From: Orbicella franksi
Taxonomy: Eukaryota
Assembly (NCBI GenBank): GCA_964199315.1
Contig: OZ116699.1
Coordinates: 15,004,001 to 15,068,000, forward strand
Reading direction: 5' to 3'
DNA length: 64,000 bases
A program made the position numbers and the translations under genes. The notes below the pieces were generated by a model. That model was not told the origin of the DNA and made no database searches. It saw only the letters and a list, made by a program, of their open reading frames with translations. Positions within the stretch are counted from its first letter, which is position 1, and each line of letters opens with the position of its first letter. Shown piece by piece: positions 52,360 to 64,000 of the stretch.

Positions 52360-52813
52360 TTCTCGGCGTTGTATACCAACGCGGTTGGCCTTTGGGTTGT
52401 CACCTTACTTGTTCTTTTGCGTTGTATACCAAATAGTCTGCTTCTGTTTTCTCTTTGCAATTGGTCTTTGGGTCGTCACGCTTCTTGCTTCTTGGCGTCG
52501 TATAGCAAATAGCCTTCTGCTGTTGCCTCTTTGCAGTTGGTCTTTTAGTTGTCACGATACTTGTACCTTGGCGTTGTATGTATGGGTTATTGACCAAGCT
52601 TGTTCGGTCAAGATGGCTGGATACTGGCCAAGTTGTTTTTTTGCAAGTTTATGGACCAAGACGGAGTCGAGGTCCATAAACTCGCAGAAAAAGAACGACG
52701 CCAATATCAAGCCATCTTAACCGAACAAGCTTGGTTAATAAAGGATTTATTATATAGCTTTCACGGAAAATTTTCTTGCGGGTCACGGCGGGTAGTCCCG
52801 TGCGGGCAAGATA

Positions 52814-52844
<31 letters not shown>

Positions 52845-54396
52845 CAGCGCAGGATTTGATTCATCTTGCCCGCTCACGGAGCTAGCCATATAATAAACCA
52901 AATTATCTACTGCTGCTGTTTCTTTGAAGTTGGTCTTCGGTTTGCCACGCTACTTGTTCCTTGTCGTTGTATACCAAATTACCTACTGCTGTTGTTTCTT
53001 CGAAGTTGGTCTTTAAGTTGTCACGCTACTTGTTCCTTGTCGATGTATACCAAATTATCTACTGCTGTTGTTTCTTTGAAGTTGGTCTTTGGTTTATCTT
53101 TGTTGATCTTGGTTTGTTTCCAATAATCTCGGTAAAAAGTTTTAGCCCACTTGTTACTCGAACTTTTGGTGGATTCCTTAATGCCTAAGCTAGCATATAA
53201 CTATAACTAAACTGAACGACTTTAATCTGCATTTGATAATGGCGACAAGATAACGCCGAAACGTCAAGTTATAGCATTTATTTTTCTTTTAAAATAATTT
53301 TTCTGTAACCGAGTATCTTTTGGGATTTGAGAGACAAAAGAAACTTGAAATTTTTGTCCTGAAATCTTCGGAGACAGTGCTAGAATATTGATATAAGGTA
53401 TATCGAACGTGGCCTATTACCTGCCCGTTTTGTTGAACACGTCCATTTACACGAACAGGAAGCACTTTTTGACCAAAAGATGAAGTATACAGAGCACGTT
53501 CTTGGTAAATGGTTCTTCGTAATATGTCCTTGAATCTCCAAAACCCTAATAAATTTGAGACTTGTCATATTGTCAGATGGCGATCAACATGAACAATGGC
53601 TTACCTCTCCAGAAACAGTTGCTGTTCATACATGCTCACATACCAGTTCAGAATCTTAACAACGAACTAAAGTACTAATAGGTACTTTCACACCGTATCA
53701 AATTGGGGAAAAAGCAGAACGTTTGCGAAAAATCGACACCTTCTTGAAGAATCCAATATGGCGGACGGAGTTCCAGAGAGCGTGGTAAATGTATGCCGGC
53801 ATAAATTTACATGCACAAATGTGACACCAAAACGGAGAAACGGAGCCCAATCCTTAATTCATGGGCCATACTGCGCATGAGTAATCATCTACTACCGTTG
53901 TTTCTTTGAAGTTGGTCCTCGGTTTGTCACGCTACTTGTTCCTTGTCGTTGTATACCAAATTATCTACTGCTGTTGTTTCTTTGAAGTTGGTCTTTGGGT
54001 TGTCATGCTACTTGTTCCTTGTCGTTGTATACCAAATTATCTACTGCTGCTGTTTCTTTACAGTTGGTCTTCGGGTTGTCGAGCTACTTGTACCTTGGCA
54101 TTGTATAACGAATTATCTACTGCTGTTGTTTCTTTACAGTTGATCTTTAGGTTGTCACGCTACTTGTTCCTTGTCGTTGTATACCAAATTATCTACTGCT
54201 TTTTGTTTCTTTGAAGTTGGTGTTTGGGTTGTCACGCTACTTGTTCCTTGTCGTTGTATACCAAATTATCTACTGCTTGTTGTTTCTTTATTTGAAGTTG
54301 GTCTTTGGGTTGTCACGCTACTTGTTCCGGATCGTTGTTTTCCAAATTATCTACTGCTGTTGTTTCTTTGCGGTTGGTCTTGGCGCTGTCACGCTT
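52360..54396. repeat. 76-bp minisatellite in three blocks (about 12-13 units), interrupted by insertions
   Basis: Unit tgtataccaaattatctactgctgttgtttctttgaagttggtctttgggttgtcacgctacttgttccttgtcgt. The ataccaaatt anchor (one variant copy) falls at 52971/53047 and 53953/54029/54105/54181, a 76-bp spacing. Blocks at about 52360-52579, 52897-53120 and 53884-54396. Confidence 0.9.
52580..52896. mobile_element. Non-autonomous dispersed repeat inserted into the minisatellite; second copy starts at about 63855
   Basis: atgtatgggttattgaccaagcttgttcgg...ggaccaagacggagtcgaggtccataaactcgca is nearly identical at 52579 and 63855. A related inverted segment lies near 23810-23840. Confidence 0.8.
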
Positions 54397-55533
54397 GAAT
54401 ATAATAGGCTGCTGCTCTTCCCCCTTTGCAGTTTAGTGACTCTCCGAGTCTCTCGTACGCACGATCTCAGTTTAGATAACTCCAAGACTACCCAAGCAAA
54501 TAAATTCACGCAAGTTCATTTATGTTACATAAGAAGCTATAAGACGGGTGCAGGTTTTATTTTTCTCGCTCCGAGACAGGTTAAATCGAACGAGGTTGAC
54601 GTTTTGATAGCTATAAGCCTAAACTTTTGCTGATCGAAATTTTCAATTTAGTTGAAATTATCGAGCGGATGAAAGCACTTCTGCTGCCACTAAGTATTTG
54701 ACATTTCTCAATGTCCTGATATGTTGGTAACTACCACCATACGTTCGATTATATAAATTGGTTTTGGCAACGTCTAGCACTACCTATAAGGAACAGAATA
54801 AAGCGAACGCGAAGAATGCGTAAAGTGCAGAGGAAATTCGTCCGCCGTAGCGTCATTAAGTTCGCATTCCCCTTCCTCTTTGCCAAGCGCTGATTTGTAA
54901 TTGATCGTTTTACACTTTAGAGTATTCATACAAACCATCGCACAATAAGTCAGGGACGGCGTGGATGTTTTGTAGATCACGTGGTAGAGAAGGGCTCTCT
55001 GCTCGTAATTGATGAAAGTCTGTTCTTTGCTCATCACATCCCTATCTAAAGACAAAAAAAGAGAAGCTTTTTATCAGGCTACTCATGGAGTACAGTGGAA
55101 GCCCGCCTTACGATCACCCCGTTGATACGGCCACTTTATTCTGGCCCGAACCAAAGCTCAGTCAGTCATTTTTTATTTATTTAAATGACCCCTTCAGTTT
55201 AATACGGCCACCCCGTTAAATACGGCCAGCTAAGCCCATAATTATATGTTAATAAATGTTTCTCATAAATAAGGAAGGACCACACTCATTTGAACACGCC
55301 GTAAGCACCTTTTCCACTCAAGATAAAGTGCGCCTCAGTAACCTAAATTCCTATTTTACCACGTGTATAAAAATCATCTTAGACCAACCTGAAAGGAATC
55401 TCGGTGATTTTATCTGGATGTTTACTATATTAATTTCAGATTTTTTTCCGTTGGGTCGGGGGAGGGCGTGAAATTCGATATGAGATGAAGGTAGATGGGA
55501 TCGGATGGGATGTATACATATAGTAATGCTCCC

Positions 55534-58500
55534 TCAAGGAGAAATAGAAATAATGTTACCTTTCCCTCCTAAAGGTTGCGCGTCTGTGAATTTACACATG
55601 AACTCATACCACATGATACACGGCGTGTCATTCCATTTGCCACTCGTTCCTATAACAATCACGCAGTCACCCATGCCATAGTCATCATCTGGTTCACTAG
55701 CTTCCCAGTTCGTATACGTAACAGTGCTTCCATCGACCCACACAAACGTTGCCTCGACATCACTGTCGCTAAAGCCAACGAAAACATCTCTATTCCCTAA
55801 CAGACTTCGAACAAATTCGTTTTCTTGGGCGCTGTGTATTGACACAAGGTTCGCACTGTCGTTTTTACAAGTAGCGGAGGCTTCCGAGAAAGGTTTTTGA
55901 TCAGTGAATAGTTTATAGCAAGCGTCATTCCATTCCTGCCATCCTGTTTTACACTGGATTGAGTTGCAGCCCCAAGAGAATCCAAGAACTGTGAGAGAAA
56001 AACAAAAAGGTGGGAGGGAAGGAAGAGGGAGAAATCATTTAATGGTGAAATATCCTCGGAGGGGGTACTCCGAAAGACGTTGGGTGAGGGTGTGCGGCCT
56101 GCAGTCCAAACCCTTTCCCTATTTATGACCACAATCACTTTCCCTACCCTATTGTGACCGGACCATAGTTTACACCGATGTTAAAGGCATTGTGAAGTTC
56201 CTTTTATTGATCGATCTTATCGATGATGATGAAAAAGTAGCTTTTCTAAGAAACATACCGAATTCAAGACTAGAGTGCAAAAACCATACCTTGCTTTTGA
56301 CCAAAATGACTAAAATGAATACCCTCTTTATGACCAAAGCGGCTGAAAACATACCCTTTGGGTCCGCACATACCTTTTTAGTCCATACAAGGGATACCCC
56401 AACCTCGTTCCCAGGGTCTTTTCCCTGGCCCCAAGCCAAGGAAAAGACCCTGGGAACGAGGTTGGGTATGCCCCCGGGGGAAATATCTGACTTGATAATA
56501 TTATGACCAACTAAAGTTTTGCCATACGGAACGCTAAGACTGGCCGAATGGATTTCACCTAGTTCAATGTTTTATCAGCTTGTCGTATAGAAGAAAGTAG
56601 TTTGTTGGTCAATTGAAATCTTTCTTGAGCATGTCTGGCGGATAATTTCGGCTGGACGTTTACAAAAGCGTCCTGTTGTATTATGGCACACAGGTACGCC
56701 AGAGTTAGTAGGTGTAATAGCGGAAATGAACTGGTATAATAGAATCTTTAACGAGCTGACTTGTTTGTGTTGCTGTTTTAAAGAATACTGCCGGGTCGTG
56801 TTTTTTTTCCTGTTGAGTCCATGGATTTGGATAAAAATAACCACCAATACTGACTCCACGCTAGGTGGTTTTTACATCCATGTTACGACTGGTGTGAACA
56901 GCTTGAAAAGATGTTAAAGGCTTGTGGTAAAATGTGGAAAGCAGAGTGACTAGATTCAGAGAAGTTTAATGGTCTGGAGTTGATATGTGCCCAAACCCTA
57001 AAATCTAAATAAAGCCATGTCAATTTAAAGGTGCCGACCTGTCGAAATATATATTACAAATCCAAACGGATCGTTTTAAATGTTTTTCGGCGATTCAATC
57101 AAGTTATTGAACTTGCTGAGATCTTATTAGGGCGAGGAAAAATGATAACAATGACAATAACTTGAGCTCGGGTAAATCATTATTAATATTTAAGGTTTTC
57201 TAGGTTTACCTAGGGCTAATATTTTATTTCGCCACATCATCCGAGAAAACGAAACTCTGTAGCTAAATTGTAGTTTAATCTCTCACATCAAAGGAAACCT
57301 TTACTCAATTTAGATTTAGATCATCCGTTTAACGAAATACTGTAAAAAATTAAAGCTAAATGTGGTGAGAGTGTTTGATGAAAATCTGAATTTGTTTTTT
57401 CTGTAACAGGTGATAGCTGAGCTATTTTCAGAACCCATTTAAATGTCTCCGGCCAAATCAAGAAAATCATTTCAAGGCAAAGAAACTGTCACGTTGAGGG
57501 ATCATTTAACACTTATAACGATCAAACGTGTTTTAAATGTTGTGCAATTTTATTGCATCGATGCTAGAACACTAAAATGCAAGAGTTTTGCACATAAGTA
57601 TGTGTTTAAATAAATCGAAAGTCTGTATAACCCAGTAGTCCCATTTTCTTTCAACAACAAAGTCTGTTCTGAATAACTGGAATTGCGCTGAGTGTTTAAA
57701 GTAGCACTCAAAATCGTTTTTCGAGGAAACACTTTGCTCTCTTTGTTTCAATCCATTCATGACAAGCCTCACGCACTTCAAAAAAGAAAGCACAATACAA
57801 AAATACTGGACTCAGTCACAATATCTAGCGATTATGCATTTCTTCTTGTTTTGAAAGTTCTCTCCCTTTTATAACTAGAGAATCGCTATCCCCTGAGAAC
57901 AAATGTAAAGTTAAAATGCGTCAATCACAAAAATGTCTCATTATTTTTACAGCAGGATATCATTTTCCGGAAGAAGTGAGACAAACGTTTACCAAAATTA
58001 AAAGGAACCCTCGAGAAGTTTTGCTACACTGAAGAAACGAATCGATCCTATCAATATATACCTCGAACTTAGAATCTGTGTTCTTTTTGATTTTATACCG
58101 AAAATATAGAAATTACCTATTAACGTCTGTAATTGCCTGTAACTAAGTAAAAAAACTATTGTACAAATTCGTTTGGGCAAAACACGGCAGATGTTTGTTC
58201 AAGAAAAAATTTGGTTTGCCCAATTTTTTCGCCCTTGTCATCGACGGAAATAAACTGTTGTTAACTGATTTCTCCGTCGGGCACACTGTTCGGTTTTCCC
58301 AGGTTAATCTCGTGCATAGGTTCAAATACTTTTGAATTACTACGCTTACTTCGTTTGTACAAGCTTGCCAACGATCTTTTTGTTTCTAAAGAAATAGCTT
58401 CAAACGCAAGTCATTTTTTCTCGGATTTTTACAACTTTCCGAAGCTCTCTAACATTTTTAACAGAAACGCAATTAGATATTTTTACGGCGCATAGTTGAA

Positions 58501-58651
58501 TGAAACTTATTCTTAAGTAGGGAAAACATTTAATTTCAAGCAATAGTAAATGAAGGAAGTTTAAAAGCTGAATGCAATGTAAAAAGCAATAATAAAAATT
58601 CTTACTTGTAATCACAAGGCGAGCCACTGAAATCCATGTTCGCCGAGCCAT
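55534..58651 (-). CDS. Secreted single-domain C-type lectin, 166 aa
   Basis: Exon 58651-58606 (MARRTWISVARLVIT, A|GTAAG) spliced in phase 1 to 55988-55534. This gives a signal peptide plus C-x-x-GW...CYK...FSEASATC...NLVSIHSAQENEFV...FVGFSD...FVWVDG...YTNW...EPDD...DC...GKWNDTPC...FMC, a complete long-form CTLD. Confidence 0.88.
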
Positions 58652-59563
58652 CCTACCTTAAGGAATGACCTTCGCTCTAAATTGAACAACTCGCCAGATC
58701 ATTTCAAAGTGAAACAAAATCGTCCTGCTTAATCTACATGCTGAATTAAATTTACAAAGGAACCGCTTGGGTTTGTAACTAAGACTGAAATGTCAAATAT
58801 ATTTCTGAAGTACCCGCTGTCGGAACATATTACAACGTTACCATTAACAATACTTGAGGTAGCTGACGTCATTGGCTAGTAATCTTTTTCATTTTTAAAT
58901 TCTTCGTTCCTGTCTCTCTAAACTTTTAACTGCTTTTGGTCAATGTACTTGAATTTGAACAAATCGTAAAATGTATGTATTTATGAGACGCGTCGTCAAT
59001 GCACATTCTCCACGGATGCAAGCAAAAAAAAAAAAAGACGAACTAGGCAATTAAGTTGAGAATTTTAATATCAGGTAATAAGAATATAACGCTAAGAGGA
59101 GATTAGATAAATCTTTTGTTCCTTCCGAACAGATCATATTAAAAAAAGAATGGGAATAGCATAGTAAGATAGTAGTTAGGTAGTAGTTTGTTGGGGAGCA
59201 CTAATAGAAACTACTCCCTCCCCCACCGCCGTTCTCCCTCTTTTAAAGGCGCCAAAATGAATTTTTGATATCTTAAAGTTTTGGCAGCACGCCAAACTCG
59301 CACCCAAAGCCCCTGATTACGAGACTCGTAGCGTGCAAGCAATCTCAGACATCTTAGAGCACACAAACCCAACCACCACCGTTAAAACATGTCGGCGCCA
59401 AATTTCATCCTCGACTTATACCCACATTGTTAGAGGTTAGAAGTTAATCTCAATCGGAAGGGCTTCTGTAACCACCGTCGTAAAAAAAGCCTTTGTAAAC
59501 ACATTTCAACGCTCAAACACGTTTCACGTCATTTTAGTGAAATCTTTTGTGACTCCAGTCGTG

Positions 59564-59573
59564 GCGCATGCGC
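59564..59573. promoter_or_regulatory. GCGCATGCGC palindrome (NRF1-type motif) about 0.9 kb upstream of the lectin ATG
   Basis: Exact motif seen. Related words also occur at 53872 and 61623, possibly within repeats, so function is uncertain. Confidence 0.25.
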
Positions 59574-61031
59574 AGTTTTCTAAAAATATAGCCGCCAATT
59601 GATGTGTTTTTTTCTATTAAGACGGAAGATTTTCTCCACCATTTTCTTTGCGTCAATAGCTAGTTTCCGTGAGAACTTTGAACCACTCATTAATTGGTTA
59701 TGCTGGTAGTTCGCTAGATTTTCTTTGTAAAATTGTCTTCAACAGGTCCAACTCAGATTCAGATTCGGATTTTTATTGTTTTGCACTATCTATTTCCATT
59801 ACTTTTTACAATCAATCTACATCTTTACAATCAAGTTATATCTCAACGTGTGTAAATCAGAAAAAAAATCCAACATTTTAGCGGTTGCGCATCGAAAACC
59901 TTTGCTGGTTTGAGGTACTCATTAGACCCTTCATAGCATGTAGTGCTGTCGCGTCTAGGGCGAACACTCACATGGAATAATATTGTTTTCCGTTGGTGGG
60001 TCGTTGGCAGCGTCTCACATTTCTCTTTCATTAGCTGTTGACTTCGTAAGCTTAGGTCAGCGGTTTGACTGAGGTGTTCACAGCACAGGAAAGTACATGA
60101 AATGACTTTTTTGTAATAGTTACAAACGAATTTGTATTTGCTCTTCAGTCATACGTGTATATAAACTACAGTAAAATGAGATAAAGGAGCAGCATATGAA
60201 TTCCCTGCATGCTGCCACTCCGGTATATACGGCGCGTTCCTTGGAAACGGGGAGGGCGGGGGCGGATAGGGGAACTCTCTGCTCATTCTAAAAGTAATGT
60301 CTGGGGATTGTCGAAGGGTCATTTGTGGCATCTGCCCGATAACTAATCACGGGCACAATGGGCGCAGGCAAGACAACCTACCCTCTGATCAGGGAACATA
60401 GGTGTGATGAGCGGAGAAGCTGGGGTCCCGTTAGCTGCAGTATGTACAACCCACTGGTGTGTGGATATGCTCTGCTGCTCATCAACCCCAGTCAAGAAAT
60501 CGTCTTCGCTTGAAAGAATCTTATATTTAAAACACAATTATAGGAGAGCGATGAAAAACTCTGTGCGATAATTCCCGTTCGCTCTTACAACTTCTTGTCT
60601 CATCAGACATAAAGCCCATAAATCATCGATCTTAAACAAACAGTCGCTCAAACGTCTCCAGTAGGCGATCGAGCGCCATAAACGCTCCTTATCCGAGTTG
60701 CAGATGATGTGTATTCCTGTAGGTTTAAACGCGGTAACACCGTCGATCTTTCCAAACTGGAATAATTCTCTTAGCCTGCCATTTCACAGAGCGTGTGATT
60801 CACTTTGAACTCAGCGGTGCTCAACAACCACCCACTAGAAACTTTTCTCGATAAAACATTTCTTGTTTTTATTTTTGGCACCAGTGGGATAACTAATACC
60901 CTACCCTCTGATCAGGGAACATAATTATGATGACTGGAGAAGCTGGAGTCCCGTTAGCTGCAGTATGTACAACCCACAGTGAGCATATGCCCTGCTGCCC
61001 ATCAATCCCGGCAGTCACAAATATACGTTAA

Positions 61032-61667
61032 GGACGTTCGTGCGAAAATGTTCTACTCGATAGATTTTCTTCAAACTTCTACTGCAGACAGATAAGGAAT
61101 TGCTTGTTTCAGGAATGAAAAAAGGAAAATGGAAATCGCCGAATTCGTTTCAGAGTTAAAGCGTGTGGAAAACTAGTCTGATTTTGAAAAATTGGCGCGT
61201 GTAAATCAGCATGGTCTCCAGGATTTTAGCTTAAAATATCAAAGATAAATCAACGGAGACAAACCATCCTAGTAATATTTTATATGAGTGAATTCGTTGC
61301 GTTAATAATTCCAAATGTTGCCACCGTTTTCACAAAACTTAACCCTTCGAGAGGCACTTGAAACCGCCGCACAGATAAACGAAGAGCTAAAAGGAACGAA
61401 ATTCGATGGTGCATTTAGCAAAAAACTCAAACTTCTTGGGCTCCTGCTTTTAGTCGATGGATTTTCTTATGGATAGAGAAAATGATCCATCAAAATAAAA
61501 ACAGGGGTCATCGAACGTCCAAGATCGTCAATTCCAGGCAAAGTTATAGCAATGGCCATCTGCCCTATCATTGTTCATTTATTACTCAACGCGCGCTCGA
61601 TCCATGACGTGGTGTGTGAATTTGCGTGCGCAGTAAGGATGCGTAGAAACAATTAGCACGAACGTCC
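61032..61667. mobile_element. TTAA-target non-autonomous element (Kolobok-like)
   Basis: TTAA|ggacgttcgtgc ... gcacgaacgtcc|TTAA. The internal gaagagctaaaaggaacgaaattcgatggtg segment is related to 33858-34020. Confidence 0.75.
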
Positions 61668-64000
61668 TTAAATAGTCGGAAAGACCAGCTTTGTTAGCTG
61701 AATAAAGGCAGCTGATCTACTAAAGGGTCACTCAGAACAAAAACCTGACTATGACGTGCTGAGGAGACATTCCCACACAGTTCGGACGGCAGAGGGTTGA
61801 CGGCCTACTCCGGTGCGACTTTATCCTTGCAGAAACGAGTAGCACTAACCAACCTCAACGTGATGAGGCAACTACCTGCGGTGACTCCTCGCATGACGCT
61901 GAAGGGAAGACGCCGTCTTGATGGAAAACTGCAGAAGGGAAGGTGCCGCGCCCGTTGGAGAGATACTGTACATTCTGTCTACAAAACTGCAAATATTATT
62001 CAATAAAAACATTAACTACCTTAGTTTGAGATCTTGCCATAATTATCCAGTCTTTTAGCCAGAAAATTTTACTTGAGGGCCAAAGTGGCCCCTGAAGATC
62101 TTTTTAGGAGCCAATTTTTTAGGAAAGGGGCCACTAAATTGAAAGCTACAGAAGGAAAAAATGTATCAGGGTACCAAGGGAAATAAAACAGTTTATTAGG
62201 ATCTATGATAAAATTTAATAGCACGAGCTTTTTGAAGGGTTTCTACTCAATAAAGTTTCTTTTGAACCAGATACTAGTATGAAGGATCCGTGCGTTACAA
62301 GAGAACAATCCTTAGGCCTACATGACGTAGTCAATGATCAAGGGTTTGCAATGCATTATAGGGCGATTTCAAACACGGTCAGCCATTTGGAAGTTTTCCG
62401 ATATGAGAGAACCAATACAGCAGAGCAAAAGGACGGATTGACTTCTTTTCTTATGATGAATGTTTTAGAAGCAAAGATCTTTCAATATGATTTTTCTAGA
62501 AGGACATAATGTGTGACAAAATAACCGTTATTGATCGTCAACACAGAGAAATGTAGTCGTCATTATGCCGTATTATGGCGACTAAACCAGAATTTTTGGT
62601 CGCCAAGGATGAAATGCTTGTTGCCTTGACGACCGTATCTATCACAGTTTCGAGCCCTGGGATGGCTTTTAAAATATTATGCCTGCGTTAGGCCTGCAGT
62701 CTTGTTAAAGGAAAAGGGCCAAATTGGCCCTTTTTTCGTTTTTCTGGGGACCATCTCTGATTGTAACGCGGGATTTCCGCAATGGCGCGCTCTGGCGAAA
62801 ACACTGATTATCTATCAGACTTGAATCAGCACGGTCACTAAATCGGCATAAAAAATCAAGAAAATTCCTTGGGCTTCTGAAGACCTATCATCCCACATAG
62901 CCTGACTCGCCCAACATGTGCATTCCCCCAGACTCATTGAAGTTAAAATTCCTTTTTTTAAATGAGAATCCATCTTTTCTACATGCCATATATTAAGACA
63001 CATTTTCCTGTTTCAACTTTCTATTTCTATATAAAGCTTAAAATCAACAACTGAAAATAATTTAGGCTTATCTATTAAATCTGAGCACTCATCTCCAGTC
63101 AATCCTCTAATCTGAAACAAGCAAGAAATCGCCTTTGCTTGAAATAATAAATTAATCTTACATTTAAAAACGCAATTTTAAGAGAGCGATGAAAAGCTCT
63201 GTGTGTAATTATAAGTTTCCTGTTCTCTTTCACAGCTCCTCGTCTCTAGATTGATGACTTAGAACATGAAGTCCATAAATCATCGATCTTGAAACAAGCA
63301 GTTGCTGAAATTTCTCCTGGCAGGCAAAAACTTGGGAATAGCGTCGAACTTCCAAACTGGATTGTATGCACAAGTCATACAATAATAAATTGTGTTGATA
63401 CATGTAGTCTTAAAAGTTTTTAATAGCAACCGCTTTCGCCAGAATTTTCTGAACGGAAATCTCAGGTTTTAAAACATTAAGAGGAAATACGCCTTCTTCA
63501 TTAGAAGCGTAAATCGCATGATAAACGCCAAATATTATCGCTACTTCAAACAACAGCAAACTATGATTTGTAAGAATAAAAACCTATTTTCGCTTTTACC
63601 TGACTTAAATCATTAACTGACCGTGACATGCTAAGTTGACACGACAACTCAGGCCTACAATGCGTAAGGTGTTGTGTATTTGTGATTTAGTTGTTAGTTA
63701 GTATCCTGCGTTCCAAAATATTACTGGTCAGCAAGAGACATCCTTGCATTCAGGAAAACCTCATTCCGGGATTGTTGCATCATTCATCGCGCAAAGTAAA
63801 GAAAGTCATCGTTTATAGGCTGTGAAAAACACTGAAATAAAACTGTTGGCAAAGATGTATGGGTTATTGACCAAGCTTGTTCGGTTAAGATGGCTGGATA
63901 TTGGCCAAGTTCTATTTTTGCGTGTTCATGGACCAAGACGGAGTCGAGGTCCATAAACTCGCAAAATAATAACGAGGCCAATATCAAGCCATCTTGACCG

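Noticed and set aside
52360-54396. CRISPR array, tRNA array (76 nt) or Cys-rich membrane protein ORFs in the tandem repeat
   Set aside because: Units are contiguous with no unique spacers. No cloverleaf or T-loop pairing was seen. The ORFs arise from frame cycling of a stop-poor 76-bp unit.

Overview
AT-rich, intron-containing animal genomic DNA. It is most likely from a scleractinian coral or another anthozoan, inferred from the repeat families and protein style rather than proven. I assembled four spliced genes by hand from GT-AG sites with phase continuity. (1) The 3' part of NT5DC1 (+, 11 exons, 1089-13497; its 5' exons lie left of the window). (2) A complete KANSL3 (+, 12 exons, about 20092-30654, about 1100 aa). 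(3) A secreted matrix metalloproteinase (+, 4 exons, 41705-49025, 498 aa). (4) A secreted single-domain C-type lectin (-, 2 coding exons, 58651-55534, 166 aa). Between NT5DC1 and KANSL3 is an orphan cytochrome P450 N-terminal fragment joined to a decayed unknown gene. Introns and intergenic DNA are dense in MITEs (TA-, TTAA-, 5-bp- and 6-bp-TSD types, some nested), SINE and LINE relics, and an interrupted 76-bp minisatellite. Main observations: the MMP has an intact zinc site but a cysteine-free, very basic propeptide (no cysteine switch) and essentially no hinge; KANSL3 keeps a canonical G-x-S-x-G nucleophile serine; and the P450 anchor fragment looks chimeric. No CRISPR array, rRNA or intact tRNA gene was seen. 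Most ORFs in the supplied track are antisense shadows or repeat noise.
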